A stretch of DNA of 64,000 nt from Lachnospiraceae bacterium (GTDB lineage: Bacteria > Bacillota > Clostridia > Lachnospirales > Lachnospiraceae), in assembly GCA_017535945.1 (NCBI GenBank), contig JAFXTJ010000007.1:1911-65910 (forward strand), written 5' to 3'. The position numbers were made by a program, and so were the translations under genes. The notes below the pieces were generated by a model. It made no database searches and was not told the origin of the DNA. It was given only the letters and a program-made list of their open reading frames with translations. Positions 28,181 to 39,100 of the stretch are shown in pieces. Numbering within the stretch: the stretch's first letter is position 1; every line of letters begins with the position of its first letter.

Positions 28181-29514
28181 CCTGGGAGGAAGTAACGGAA
28201 CTCCTGCTGGGTCAGGACTGGACCGGTGTCAAAGCGGGTCTTGAACGGATCACCGAACTGCTGCGTCTTGCCGGAGATCCGCAGAAAAAGTTAAGATATC
28301 TTCATATCGCAGGGACCAACGGCAAAGGTTCGGCAGCCGCCATGCTTTCCGAGATCCTGATCCGCTCCGGTTATCGCACGGGGCGCTATATCTCTCCTCA
28401 TTTGAACCGCATGAACGAGCGCTATACGGTGGACGGCCGCGAGATCTCCGACGGGGATCTGGCCGCGCTTGCGCGCGAGCTTTCCGTACTCTGCAGACAG
28501 ATGGAGGAGAAGCCGACCAACTATGAGATGCTGACGGCGCTCGCGTTCCTGTATTTTGAACGCCGGAAATGCGATATCGTGGTCCTCGAAGTTGGTCTCG
28601 GTGGCAGGTTTGATGCCACCAATGTCATCGAAGCGCCGCTTGTTTCCCTGATCATGCACATCGCGCTGGAGCATACGGAACAGCTGGGAGACACGATCAC
28701 CAAGATCGCCTCGGAAAAGGGCGGGATCGTAAAGCAGGGATGCGATACGGTTCTCTATGCGCAGTCCCCGGAAGCGGAGGAGGTGATCCGCAGGATCTGT
28801 GAGGAGCATCAGGCGCCGCTGGTGATCACGGATCCGTCCAAGCTTGCGGTTTCGGATCCCGGACTGGGTATTGAGCGGTCCGGAGCCGTTTCTCCGCAGA
28901 TCTTTGATTATAAAGATCGGAAGGGTCTGGAACTGTCGCTCTTGAGCTGTTACCAGCCCAGAAATGCGGCAGTGGTGCTGGAAACAGTCGATCTTCTGCG
29001 CCGGAAGCACGGTTTTGACATCCCGGAGCAGGCCGTTCGTGACGGTCTGCGGCAGGTGCGCTGGCCGGGGCGTTTCCAGATCCTCACGGAGGATCCGCTT
29101 TTTGTGCTGGACGGCGCCCACAATCCGGACGGCTGTCAGGCGCTGGCGGAGAGCATAAGCCGGTATTTCGGCGGACGGCGGATCATCCTGCTCATGGGGG
29201 TCATGGCGGACAAGAATTACCGGCGCATGCTTGATATCATGGCGGGGGCCTTTGATCCGGCAGATCCCGGTGCGCCTGTGTTATGCACCTTTATCGCACT
29301 GGCGCCGGAGGGAAACCGTGCACTTCCGGCCGATGCTCTGGAAGCGGAGATCCGGGCACGCTTTGACTGCCCGGTCATGTCCTGCGGCGGTGTGGCAGCG
29401 GGAGTGACGGCTGCACGTGAGGTCGCGGCCGCTCATGCGGAGGAGGATCCCGTTATTCTGGCATTCGGGTCGCTTTACCAGGCGGGAGAGATCCTGGAGA
29501 TCATGCATTGTTAA
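28177..29514 (+). CDS. folC: Folylpolyglutamate synthase / dihydrofolate synthase
   Basis: HIAGTNGKGS, SPHL, LEVGLGGRFDATN, EKGGI, WPGRF, LDGAHNP, FGSLY. Confidence 0.96.
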   Translation: MTWEEVTELLLGQDWTGVKAGLERITELLRLAGDPQKKLRYLHIAGTNGKGSAAAMLSEILIRSGYRTGRYISPHLNRMNERYTVDGREISDGDLAALARELSVLCRQMEEKPTNYEMLTALAFLYFERRKCDIVVLEVGLGGRFDATNVIEAPLVSLIMHIALEHTEQLGDTITKIASEKGGIVKQGCDTVLYAQSPEAEEVIRRICEEHQAPLVITDPSKLAVSDPGLGIERSGAVSPQIFDYKDRKGLELSLLSCYQPRNAAVVLETVDLLRRKHGFDIPEQAVRDGLRQVRWPGRFQILTEDPLFVLDGAHNPDGCQALAESISRYFGGRRIILLMGVMADKNYRRMLDIMAGAFDPADPGAPVLCTFIALAPEGNRALPADALEAEIRARFDCPVMSCGGVAAGVTAAREVAAAHAEEDPVILAFGSLYQAGEILEIMHC

Positions 29515-29601
29515 AAGGCCCCGGAGTTGCAGGCTGCCCCTCCGGCCTGTGCATGGTATATCCATATATGATTTTCAGAATGATTCAGACGGCGGATTTG
29601 T

Positions 29602-30576
29602 GTGAGTTTAATGAAATCTCAAGTTTATGAATATTTGATCTGCATATTTATAATTTCCGCCATGATCTGCGGCTGCGCGGCCAATCCAGGCAGTGTGCCG
29701 TCACCCGGATCGTCCGCGGCCATGGATTCAACTGCTGATGCATATCCGGTTGAGGCAGAAACTCCTGATCTGTCCGAACCGGTTTTATCGGCGGAACCGG
29801 TAACGGATCCGATCGAAACTGGGTCGGCGAAGGATCCGGATCCCATGATTTCCGACAAGGAAAATGCAGTGGAAATGATATCGGTATCCAAACCCGACAA
29901 CATGAAAAACAACGTGCCGGATAACGGCTTCGTCATTGTCATCGATGCCGGGCATCAGGCGCACGGGAATCCGGATAAGGAGCCTGTCGGACCGGGCGCA
30001 TCGGAGAAGAAGGCCAAAGTCTCCGACGGGACACGAGGCGTGTTAACGGGGCTTGCCGAGTATCAGCTGAATCTCGATGTGGCGCTGAAACTGGAGAAGA
30101 TCCTTACGGAGCGAGGCTACCGTGTGATCCAGTGCCGGACGGAGAATGATGTGAACATCAGCAATTCCGAGCGAGCGGCGATCGCCAATGAAAATCATGC
30201 GGACGCCTTTGTGCGGATCCATGCCAACGGAGCGGAGAACCCGGAGAGACAGGGGATGATGACGATCTGCCAGACAAAGCATAATCCGTATAATGCCGTG
30301 CTCTATGAGAAGAGCAAAGCACTTGCGACCTGCATCCTCGACGGCATGGTCGCTTCGACCGGCGCAGTACGGGAAAAAGTATGGGAGACCGATACGATGA
30401 GCGGGATCAACTGGTCCGAAGTCCCCGTCACGATCGTCGAGATGGGGTATATGACCAATCCGGAGGAGGATGCGCGGATGGCCGATCCATCGTATCAGGA
30501 GCGGATCGCGGCAGGGATCGCGGACGGTCTCGATGCGTACTTTCCTCAACGTTGCGCGGAGGATGCCGCATCATGA
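29602..30576 (+). CDS. N-acetylmuramoyl-L-alanine amidase (Amidase_3), probable lipoprotein
   Basis: Lipobox-like MICGC, Pro/Ser/Asp linker, [25 protein letters not shown]. Confidence 0.9.
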   Translation: MSLMKSQVYEYLICIFIISAMICGCAANPGSVPSPGSSAAMDSTADAYPVEAETPDLSEPVLSAEPVTDPIETGSAKDPDPMISDKENAVEMISVSKPDNMKNNVPDNGFVIVIDAGHQAHGNPDKEPVGPGASEKKAKVSDGTRGVLTGLAEYQLNLDVALKLEKILTERGYRVIQCRTENDVNISNSERAAIANENHADAFVRIHANGAENPERQGMMTICQTKHNPYNAVLYEKSKALATCILDGMVASTGAVREKVWETDTMSGINWSEVPVTIVEMGYMTNPEEDARMADPSYQERIAAGIADGLDAYFPQRCAEDAAS

Positions 30577-31562
30577 TGAATTCCATGGTCATCATCGAAC
30601 AGATGCTGGTGATCTGTCTGCTGATCCTGGTCGGCGCCTTTCTTTACAGAAAAAAGTTGCTCACGGATACAGGAGCGGGACAGATCTCTTTCCTGATCGT
30701 TCATGTCACGAATCCGGCGATCATGCTTTCGACCGCGATCAGCGAAGAGGAGGTCATCCCGGCCGCGGAGATCGGACAGGCATTCGCACTTGCTGTCGCC
30801 GCCTATGCACTTTCCGCACTCGCGGGCTTTCTTATCACGCTGCTCCTGCGATCCAAAGCGGGAGAGCGGATCGCCATCATCATGATGACAATGTATCCCA
30901 ATGTCGGCTTCATCGGCATCCCGCTTGTACTTGCAACACTGGGGACGCGCGCGATGGTCTATGTGACGGTCAACAATCTTGTTTATTCCGTCCTGTTCTA
31001 CACCACGGGAATCCCCCTCATCCGCATGGCCGCCACGATGAGCGGCGCGAATCCGGATACCGGCGCAAAGAAACCGAAGTCTGCCGATCTGCGGCATAAC
31101 ATCCTGAAGGGACTCCTGCACACCGGTACGGTCAGCGCATTCCTGAGCATTCTGATCTATCTGACGCATCCCGCAGTGCCGTCCGTCATCAGTGATCCGC
31201 TCCTTTATGCCGGACGCTGCACAACCTTTCTCTCGATGCTGGTGCTCGGTGTCTCCGTGGCCGGATCGCCGCTTGCGAGCTATCTGACGGACAGGAAGAC
31301 CTGGATCTTTATCCTGCTGCGCGGCATCGTATCACCGGTCATCGTGGCGCTCATTCTCTCACCGTTTATCCGGGACGCTGTCCTGAGAGACGCGGTGCTC
31401 CTGCTGGTCGCGGTGCCGTCCGGCTCTCTGCCGATGATCGTGTCCAGGGAACAGGGCCTGGATGATCATGTCTTTGCACGCGGCATCATCCTCTCGACGC
31501 TCGTATCGCCGATCACGATCCCTCTCGCGATGACGCTGTTCCATCTGATCCTGATGCGGTGA
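30573..31562 (+). CDS. AEC (auxin efflux carrier) family transporter
   Basis: About 10 TMs, [31 protein letters not shown]; start ATG 30573. Confidence 0.88.
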   Translation: MMNSMVIIEQMLVICLLILVGAFLYRKKLLTDTGAGQISFLIVHVTNPAIMLSTAISEEEVIPAAEIGQAFALAVAAYALSALAGFLITLLLRSKAGERIAIIMMTMYPNVGFIGIPLVLATLGTRAMVYVTVNNLVYSVLFYTTGIPLIRMAATMSGANPDTGAKKPKSADLRHNILKGLLHTGTVSAFLSILIYLTHPAVPSVISDPLLYAGRCTTFLSMLVLGVSVAGSPLASYLTDRKTWIFILLRGIVSPVIVALILSPFIRDAVLRDAVLLLVAVPSGSLPMIVSREQGLDDHVFARGIILSTLVSPITIPLAMTLFHLILMR

Positions 31563-31972
31563 TGTTCATGCCGGACGAGGAAAAAACATCATCCGATGAG
31601 GCGGTCCGCCGCAGACGGGCGCATGTACTGCGGATCGCAGCGCAGCTCCTGCTCATCGAGATCGCCTATTACATCTTTGTCTCCCTCACCGGTCTCGCAG
31701 TCCCCTGCCTGATCCGCACCTTTACCGGATTTCAGTGTCCGGGCTGCGGGATCACGAGGATGTGCATCTGTCTCTCCAAACTTGATCTTGCGGGTGCTTT
31801 TGCGGCCAATCCCTTTATTCTGTGTCTGCTTCCCGCCGCGGTCCCGTACATCCTCTTCCGTATCCGCATATATATACAACGCGGACCGGAGGAACTCAGC
31901 ATTCCCGAAATGATCATCCTGTCCGCCGTATCTGTCGGTGCGGTCATATTCGGCGTTTGGAGAAATCTCTGA
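31559..31972 (+). CDS. DUF2752 family membrane protein
   Basis: PCLIRTFTGFQCPGCGITR...AFAANP...FGVWRNL. Confidence 0.88.
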   Translation: MMFMPDEEKTSSDEAVRRRRAHVLRIAAQLLLIEIAYYIFVSLTGLAVPCLIRTFTGFQCPGCGITRMCICLSKLDLAGAFAANPFILCLLPAAVPYILFRIRIYIQRGPEELSIPEMIILSAVSVGAVIFGVWRNL

Positions 31973-31988
31973 ATCCACCGCCGGTGGT

Positions 31989-32017
31989 TTGACAATCACG
32001 CCCATAAAACATAGAAT
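31989..32017 (+). promoter_or_regulatory. Sigma-A promoter of tyrS
   Basis: TTGACA, 17-bp spacer, TAGAAT; followed by hairpin cggcgg-aaag-ccgccg. Confidence 0.75.
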
Positions 32018-32070
32018 GAATACACGGCGGAAAGCCGCCGCGGAAGAAACGGAAAGCGAGGAAGAATGAC

Positions 32071-33321
32071 ATGCATGTATTCGAGGAATTACAGGAACGG
32101 GGACTCTTAGCCCAGCTCACGGACGAACAGGAGATCAAAGAGCTCGTCAACGGCGGCGGAGCGACCTTTTATATCGGTTTTGACCCCACGGCGGATTCGC
32201 TGCATGTGGGTCATTTCATGGCACTGTGCCTGATGAAGCGTCTGCAGATGGCAGGAAACAAGCCGATCGCCCTCGTCGGCGGCGGCACCGGCATGATCGG
32301 CGATCCCACCGGCAGGAGCGACTTAAGACAGGTCATGACCGTTGAGACCATCGAGCACAACTGCGACTGCTTCCGCAGGCAGATGAGCCGGTTCATCGAA
32401 TTTGGCGACGGTGATCATCAGGACGGCACGAACAAGGCGATCATGGTCAACAACGCTGACTGGCTCCTGAATCTGAACTACATGGAATTCATCCGGGACA
32501 TCGGCCCGTGCTTCTCCGTGAACAACATGCTCCGTGCCGAATGCTACAAGCAGCGCATGGAGAAGGGTCTCACCTTCCTGGAATTCAACTACATGCTCCT
32601 GCAGAGCTACGATTTCCTGATGCTCTACGAGAAATACGGCTGCCAGATGCAGTTCGGCGGTGATGATCAGTGGAGCAACATGCTGGGCGGCACGGAACTC
32701 ATCCGCAAGAAGCTTGGCAAGGATGCCTATGCCATGACGATCACGCTGCTGCTCAACTGCGAGGGCAAGAAGATGGGCAAGACGGCGAAAGGCGCAGTCT
32801 GGCTCGACCCCGACAAGACAACGCCGTACGATTTCTACCAGTACTGGCGCAATGTCGACGACGCGGACGTCATGAAGTGCCTGAAGATGCTCACCTTCCT
32901 CCCGATCGAAGAGATCCGCGAGGTCGAAAAATGGGAGGATTCCCGCATCAACGAGAAGAAGGAGATCCTCGCAAGAGAGCTCACCACGCTCGTACACGGA
33001 GAGGAGGAAGCGAAAAAGGCGGAAGCCGGTGCCAAGGCGCTCTTTGCGGGCGGCGGCAATGCGGCGGACGTCCCTTCCGTGACACTCTCCGATGCGGATT
33101 TCGGCGAAGACGGTACGATCGGGCTCCTGTCGCTCCTCGTCAAGGCCGGACTCACCCCCTCAAACAGCGAGGCCAGACGGGCCGTTGAGCAGGGAGGCGT
33201 GGTCTTCGGCGAGGACAAAGTCACCGATGTCAAGGCGGTCTACACCAGGGATGCATTTGCCGGAGACGGCGTGATCCTGCGCCGCGGCAAGAAGAATTTC
33301 AAGAGAGTGCAGGTGAACTGA
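32071..33321 (+). CDS. tyrS: Tyrosine--tRNA ligase
   Basis: YIGFDPTADSLHVGH, QFGGDDQWSN, KMGKT, C-terminal S4-like domain. Confidence 0.98.
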   Translation: MHVFEELQERGLLAQLTDEQEIKELVNGGGATFYIGFDPTADSLHVGHFMALCLMKRLQMAGNKPIALVGGGTGMIGDPTGRSDLRQVMTVETIEHNCDCFRRQMSRFIEFGDGDHQDGTNKAIMVNNADWLLNLNYMEFIRDIGPCFSVNNMLRAECYKQRMEKGLTFLEFNYMLLQSYDFLMLYEKYGCQMQFGGDDQWSNMLGGTELIRKKLGKDAYAMTITLLLNCEGKKMGKTAKGAVWLDPDKTTPYDFYQYWRNVDDADVMKCLKMLTFLPIEEIREVEKWEDSRINEKKEILARELTTLVHGEEEAKKAEAGAKALFAGGGNAADVPSVTLSDADFGEDGTIGLLSLLVKAGLTPSNSEARRAVEQGGVVFGEDKVTDVKAVYTRDAFAGDGVILRRGKKNFKRVQVN

Positions 33322-33336
33322 TCCGGGAGGCATAAC

Positions 33337-35262
33337 TTGAACAAGTCTGACTTTTACGTCGCGCAGATGCTGATGGATCTCATCGGCCGCAAGACAGGAG
33401 AGATCAGCCACGTAGAATACAAGCCGCAGAAGCCGGCATTCAGAGAGGACTCCGCCCTTGAGACGCATCTTGCGCGCTCATCGCCGGAGTCCTTGGGCAT
33501 TTCTTCGGAGTGGGTGACCGATCTGTTCTCGAGGCTGTCCGCGCTGCCGGATCACGGACTGCACAGGATCATGGTCCTGCGCGGCAATACGGTCATCGGA
33601 GAGACCTCGTTCGCACCTTACCCAAAGGATGAGTGGCATGTGACGCCCTCCCTGTGCAAGAGCGTCACGGGCATGGCGATCGGCCTGCTGGTGGATGAGG
33701 GGAGGCTGTCCGTCGACGATAAGCTCACGGATCTCTTCCGCGAGGAGCGGAGCCTGTTATCCTATGTCATGCTGACGGACAAGATCACCGTCAGACATCT
33801 GCTCACCATGACCAGCGGCGTCAAATTCAACGAATCCGGCGCCATCGCCGGCAACAGCTGGAAGAGGGATTTCATGGAGGCAGGCTGTTCGTTCGAGCCC
33901 GGTTCCGCATTTGAGTACAACAGTATGAATTCCTATATGCTCTCCGCCATCGTGACGAAGATCACCGGCGAGACGATGATGGAATACCTGCGTCCGAGGC
34001 TCTTTGAACCGCTCGGGATCGACCGTGTCTTCTGGGAATCCAGTCCGGAGATGATCACAAAGGGCGGCTGGGGTCTTTTCATCCGCACCGAGGATATGGC
34101 GAAGCTCGGCCGTCTCCTGATGCAGGACGGCGTGTGGGAGGGCAAACAGATCCTCTCCAGAGAATGGGTGAGGGAATCCACGAGTGTCCATGTCCGCACG
34201 GGGCTGGAGCACTGCGAGATGTACGGCTATCAGCTCTGGATCAACGATGACCGCGGCGTGTTCGCATGGAGCTTCAACGGGATGCTCGGACAGAATGTGT
34301 TCTGTTATCCGGATCTCGATATGGTGATCTGTACCAGTGCCGGGAACAGTGAGGTCTTCCAGCAGGGGGAGATGAGCGGGATGATCCGCCGTGCTCTCAA
34401 TGATCTGCAGGCGGTGGAGGTCCCTCTGCCGGAGAATGAGCCTGCGCTCAACAAACTGAAGATGCTCTGCCGGAGGCTGTCCGGCAGGACTCCGGCCTTT
34501 AAGGGGGTCTCCTCCGGCGGGTGGCAGCACCCGGGTGCCGTCATGAACCGCGGCACGGGCAGGCACGTGCATTCCGCGGGATACAAACGGCGCACACGTC
34601 TGGGAGACAGTGCGGTCGCCTATATCCGCCAGAAGGAGCATCTGCGCAGGGAATGGCTCTCCCGTCTGGACGGCGCGGTTTATGATCTGGACAACAGGGG
34701 AACGGGGATCTTCCCGCTCCTGATGCAGGTATTCCATAACAATTTCACGGACGGGATTTCCGCAGTCGGTTTCCGCAAGAGCCGGGACGGCACCTTTACG
34801 ATCGATGTCTACGAGGGGACCGCTGTCTATCCGATCACCTGCGCTTTCTACGATAATGTATCCAGGGGACAGATCGATATGCACGGCGAGATCTATGACA
34901 TCGCGGTGCGTTCCGATATCACGACGGACGAATATGACAGGCTGGTCTTAAAGAACGAGATCGTCTATGTGGAGGAGGCGGCGAGCCGGATCCTCAATAT
35001 CTTTCTGATCCCGGATCCGGCGCTGAAGGGGAGGCCGAACGCGGCTCCCGCGCAGATCGAGGTCCGTCTCGACGAGACGCCCGGCAGCTCGATGATCATG
35101 CCGAGCCTCGAGATGATCACGACGGAGAAGGCGGCCGGTCTGGACGGCTTTCTCATCCGGCAGTTTGCGGAGCACGGCGGCATGAACGCGGTGAAACTCC
35201 TGTCCCAGGCGACGATCAGACCCGTGATCCGCGGCAGACTCAGAACCGGCAGTCAACGGTAA
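33337..35262 (+). CDS. Serine hydrolase, beta-lactamase/AmpC-like, with a C-terminal extension
   Basis: SLCK (SxxK), HLLTMTSG, FEYNS, PRLFEPLGI, YGYQLW; TTG start with RBS ggagg. Confidence 0.87.
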   Translation: MNKSDFYVAQMLMDLIGRKTGEISHVEYKPQKPAFREDSALETHLARSSPESLGISSEWVTDLFSRLSALPDHGLHRIMVLRGNTVIGETSFAPYPKDEWHVTPSLCKSVTGMAIGLLVDEGRLSVDDKLTDLFREERSLLSYVMLTDKITVRHLLTMTSGVKFNESGAIAGNSWKRDFMEAGCSFEPGSAFEYNSMNSYMLSAIVTKITGETMMEYLRPRLFEPLGIDRVFWESSPEMITKGGWGLFIRTEDMAKLGRLLMQDGVWEGKQILSREWVRESTSVHVRTGLEHCEMYGYQLWINDDRGVFAWSFNGMLGQNVFCYPDLDMVICTSAGNSEVFQQGEMSGMIRRALNDLQAVEVPLPENEPALNKLKMLCRRLSGRTPAFKGVSSGGWQHPGAVMNRGTGRHVHSAGYKRRTRLGDSAVAYIRQKEHLRREWLSRLDGAVYDLDNRGTGIFPLLMQVFHNNFTDGISAVGFRKSRDGTFTIDVYEGTAVYPITCAFYDNVSRGQIDMHGEIYDIAVRSDITTDEYDRLVLKNEIVYVEEAASRILNIFLIPDPALKGRPNAAPAQIEVRLDETPGSSMIMPSLEMITTEKAAGLDGFLIRQFAEHGGMNAVKLLSQATIRPVIRGRLRTGSQR

Positions 35263-35280
35263 CACATAAGGAGGTGGCCT

Positions 35281-36138
35281 ATGAACAGAGCGGCACAGAT
35301 CGCAAGATCCTATGAGATCAGCATCGACGAGGCAGTGTCCTATATCAGGGGGCGGACGGAACTGGAACCGCTCATCGCTCTGGTCCTGGGCTCCGGGCTC
35401 GGCGAATACGCGGCGGAACTCACAGTGGAAGAGGAGATCCCCTATACCGATATCCCTGATTTCCCGACCTCCACCGCGCCGGGTCACGACGGACGATTCA
35501 TCCTCGGCTATCTGGATGATGTCCCCGTTATCTGCATGAAAGGACGCGTCCATCTCTACGAGGGGTACGAACCCTGGGATGTGGTGATGCCGCTTCGTGT
35601 GATGCGGGAGCTCGGCGCGCAGGTGCTGTTTGTCACCAATGCCTCCGGCGGGATCAATTACAATTTCTCCGCCGGCGATCTGATGCTCATCACCGATCAT
35701 ATCTCGTCCTTTGCACCCAATCCGCTCATCGGTCCCAATTTTGACCGCTTCGGAACGCGTTTCCCGGATATGACGCATGTCTATGATGAAGAACTCTCCG
35801 ATCTGATCAGAGAGGCAGCCGTCGAAGAGAAGGTACCGCTCAAGGAAGGCGTCTATGTGCAGCTCACCGGGCCGTCCTTTGAATCGCCCGCAGAGATCCG
35901 CATGCTCAGAACGCTCGGCGCGGATGCCGTCGGGATGAGCACGGTGATCGAGTCAATCGCGGCACATCATGCGGGCATGCGCGTCGTCGGTGTCTCCTGC
36001 ATCGCCAACGCGGCCGCCGGCATGACCAAGGAACTCTTAAGCGGAGACGACGTGAATCTCACGGCAAATGAAACGGCGCCGCTGTTCACGCGTCTCGTGA
36101 ACGCTTCGATCATCCGGATCGGCAAGGCCGTCTCATGA
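35281..36138 (+). CDS. punA: Purine nucleoside phosphorylase (trimeric type)
   Basis: LGSGLG, GHDGRF, GRVHLYEG, TNASGG, GPSFESPAE, DAVGMST. Confidence 0.95.
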   Translation: MNRAAQIARSYEISIDEAVSYIRGRTELEPLIALVLGSGLGEYAAELTVEEEIPYTDIPDFPTSTAPGHDGRFILGYLDDVPVICMKGRVHLYEGYEPWDVVMPLRVMRELGAQVLFVTNASGGINYNFSAGDLMLITDHISSFAPNPLIGPNFDRFGTRFPDMTHVYDEELSDLIREAAVEEKVPLKEGVYVQLTGPSFESPAEIRMLRTLGADAVGMSTVIESIAAHHAGMRVVGVSCIANAAAGMTKELLSGDDVNLTANETAPLFTRLVNASIIRIGKAVS

Positions 36139-39100
36139 GGATATTTGTTTCGAGCACCTTCCGGGATTTTCAGCTCGAACGGGATGTCCTGAGAAATCAT
36201 GTGGAGCCCAGACTCAACGCACTGGGGAAACAGCACGGACTGGACTACTCCTTTACGGATCTGCGATGGGGTGTGGATACGCTTGGTCTTACCGAGGAGG
36301 AGAGCAACCGGCGCGTGCTGTCCGTATGTCTGGAGGAGATCGACCGTGCGGGAGGCATGATGCTCGTCATGATCGGCGACCGCTACGGCTATCGTCCGGG
36401 CAGTGAGCGGATCCGTGACGCGATCGCCGTGCATGAGGCACGGACCGGCATATCCTTTGCGGCGGACATCACGGATCCGGACATCAGTGTCACGGAACTG
36501 GAGATCCTCTACGGCGCATTGTCGGATCCGGATAAACTCTCGAGCACGCTGTTCTATTTCCGGGAAACGCCGGAAGGATCCGGGGAGGAGACTCTGGGCG
36601 ATGACGAAAAGCGCATCAGCGATCTGAAAAACCGTATCATGGCGGCGGCACCGGATCGAGTCCGCAGATATCAGGCACAGGAACCGGGAGATCTGACAGC
36701 GGACGGCGGCTTCGCCGATCTGGTCTACCGGGATCTCGAAGAGATGGTGAACGCCCACAAAGCGCGTCTGGATGCGGCGATCAAAGAAGCGGCGGACGGA
36801 TCCGGTATTTCCGGCGATGTTTATGATGCCGCACGCTATGTGGCGGAACAGCTGAAACAGGAGAAACGATACCGGGAGATCCGGCGTACCCTTGCGGATG
36901 CCCGAAGCTTTGATGCCGGGAGATTTGCCGGACTGCTCGATAAACGGATGCCCTCCCGGATGGACGATGACCTGACTGCGGCGATCCTGATGCATGCTCC
37001 GGCCGGAGCCGGGAAGAGCGCGACCGCTGCTGCCGTGGCTGCGGTCATGGAGCGTCAGGGCTATGAGACCGTGCCGGTGTACTGCGATCTGTCCGATGAA
37101 CTGAAGCAGGCGGACGGGATCATGGATTATGTCCGGCTCACCCTTCAGGAAAAAGGAGACGGGCGGCTGTTCTTTCTTGTGGACGGTCTCGAACAGCTCG
37201 ACAAGGCCGGGGCGATCCGTGTGTTCCGTTTTCTGGATCAGACGGGCGACGGGGATCACCGGTGCCTCGCCGTGGCGGACGACACAGCCGGACTCCACCT
37301 GTATTTTAAACGATCCCGTGCGCTCCAGCCGCTGCAGTTGACGGAGGCGGAACGGATCCTCGAAAGCCTCCAGGGAAGGATCGGACGGAGACTCTCCGGA
37401 CCGGTTCGGGAAGCGCTTTTGGAGAAGTGTTTTGCAGAGCAGGACGAACTGCCTGCCAATCCGAAATGGCTGTATTACGCGCTTGCCTGCCTCTGCCTCA
37501 TGAATGCGGAGGATTTCAGCGAGATCGCCGGGATGGGGGATGATATGGAAGCCATCTCGTCATACCAGCTGAGGGAGATCGGTCAGCTCCCCCGGGATCC
37601 CGATCAGATGGCGGTCCGGCTGATCGACAGGATATGTGAGAGCATCTCCGACACCGCACGGCACGCGGTCGATCTAATTGCGCTGTCGCGTGAGGGACTG
37701 ACAGGCCCGGAACTGCAGCAGATCCTGAAGAACTACAGCGAAGAACTCACACCGCTGGAACTGACCAGACTCATCAATTATACTCCGGGGCTATTCTGTG
37801 AACGCGGGGATGGCCGGATCGACCTGGCGGAAAGCCCTCACGGTCATGTCCGCCGCGGACTCAGAAAGAAGATCGCCAATACGCCGGAGGAAAAGGTATT
37901 CCGCAAACTGATGGCGGATCATTACACGGCTTTGCTGAAAGAGGATCCCCGGCATGACCGCCGCTTTGCCGAACTTCTGCAGATCCTCATCGCATCGGGC
38001 AGATTTTCCGCGATCCCGGAGATCCCCGGCGCGCTGCAGGATGATCTGACGGCGGTACTGCTGACGGACTGGCTCTTTGACTTCAAAGATCCCGAAGAGG
38101 CGGGCTATCTGGAACAGCCGGGGCTGTGGCGTTCCGGGATCGAACGGAGCGCGGGAACCGTCGATCCCGTGCCGGAGGCGACTTACGCGGCGATCCGCAG
38201 GGAATCGATGGAAAGGGACAGCGCGATCCGTCTGTCTGCACTTCCCGAATCTCCTGCGCACAGGGCGGAGCAGGTTATCAAAGGTTTCGCGCTGTGGTGC
38301 ACCATGCTCGCCGGGGACGGGAAACTCTCGGAATTTACTTCCTTCATCAAGCATCATTTCATCCCGGCTTACCGGGTCCACCGCTATGAAGGCTATGAAT
38401 ATCCGGTACGCATGATGTGCGCGATCCTGCTCAAGTGCTTCACTTTTCCGGAGATCGGCCGGGGGATGGCTTCCGGGCAGATCCGTGAGGCGGATCCCGC
38501 GCAGCTGATGCTGCCCTGTATCCGTTTGCTGTTTTCGACAGGATTCGTCAAAGACCGGCTGACTGCGATGCAGTTCGTCTCCCATTCGCTTGGCTTTGAC
38601 AGTGCACAGATCTGCGACGCGATCATGAAGACGGATCCCTATCTGGCCGGGGATGCCGACGGCAGCCGGATGGAACTGACGCTCACGCTGCTTGGGATGA
38701 CATATGAATATGCCACACATGTCAGACACGGGGATCTGAACGGCGGCACCGCCAGGGAACTCCTCAATGTCTGCGTGCTGGCCTCCTATGCGGTCTTTAA
38801 ACACATGGATGATTATCTGGCGCTTGATGCGAGAAGCTTTAACCGCGATGATATTGTCACGCTTGTTCTCACGATCAACGCCGGATACGGAATGACGCTC
38901 GCTGAAGACGGCGATCCCGCAAACGCGGAAGAGGTCTTCTTCTCAGGGATCCGTTCGAGCATTCCGGAGATCGACACGGACGATCTGCCTGTTGAAGATG
39001 CGGATATGTCTCTTGAAACGCGGATGCAGTGGTTTGACAGGATGGACCGGATCGCATGGCTTTATCTGGCTCTTGCGCGCTTCTACATGCGCTTTACCGA

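Noticed and set aside
35281-36138. punA as a dedicated PNP effector of the adjacent NLR-like protein
   Set aside because: It looks like an ordinary trimeric housekeeping PNP with all salvage motifs; only adjacency supports a link
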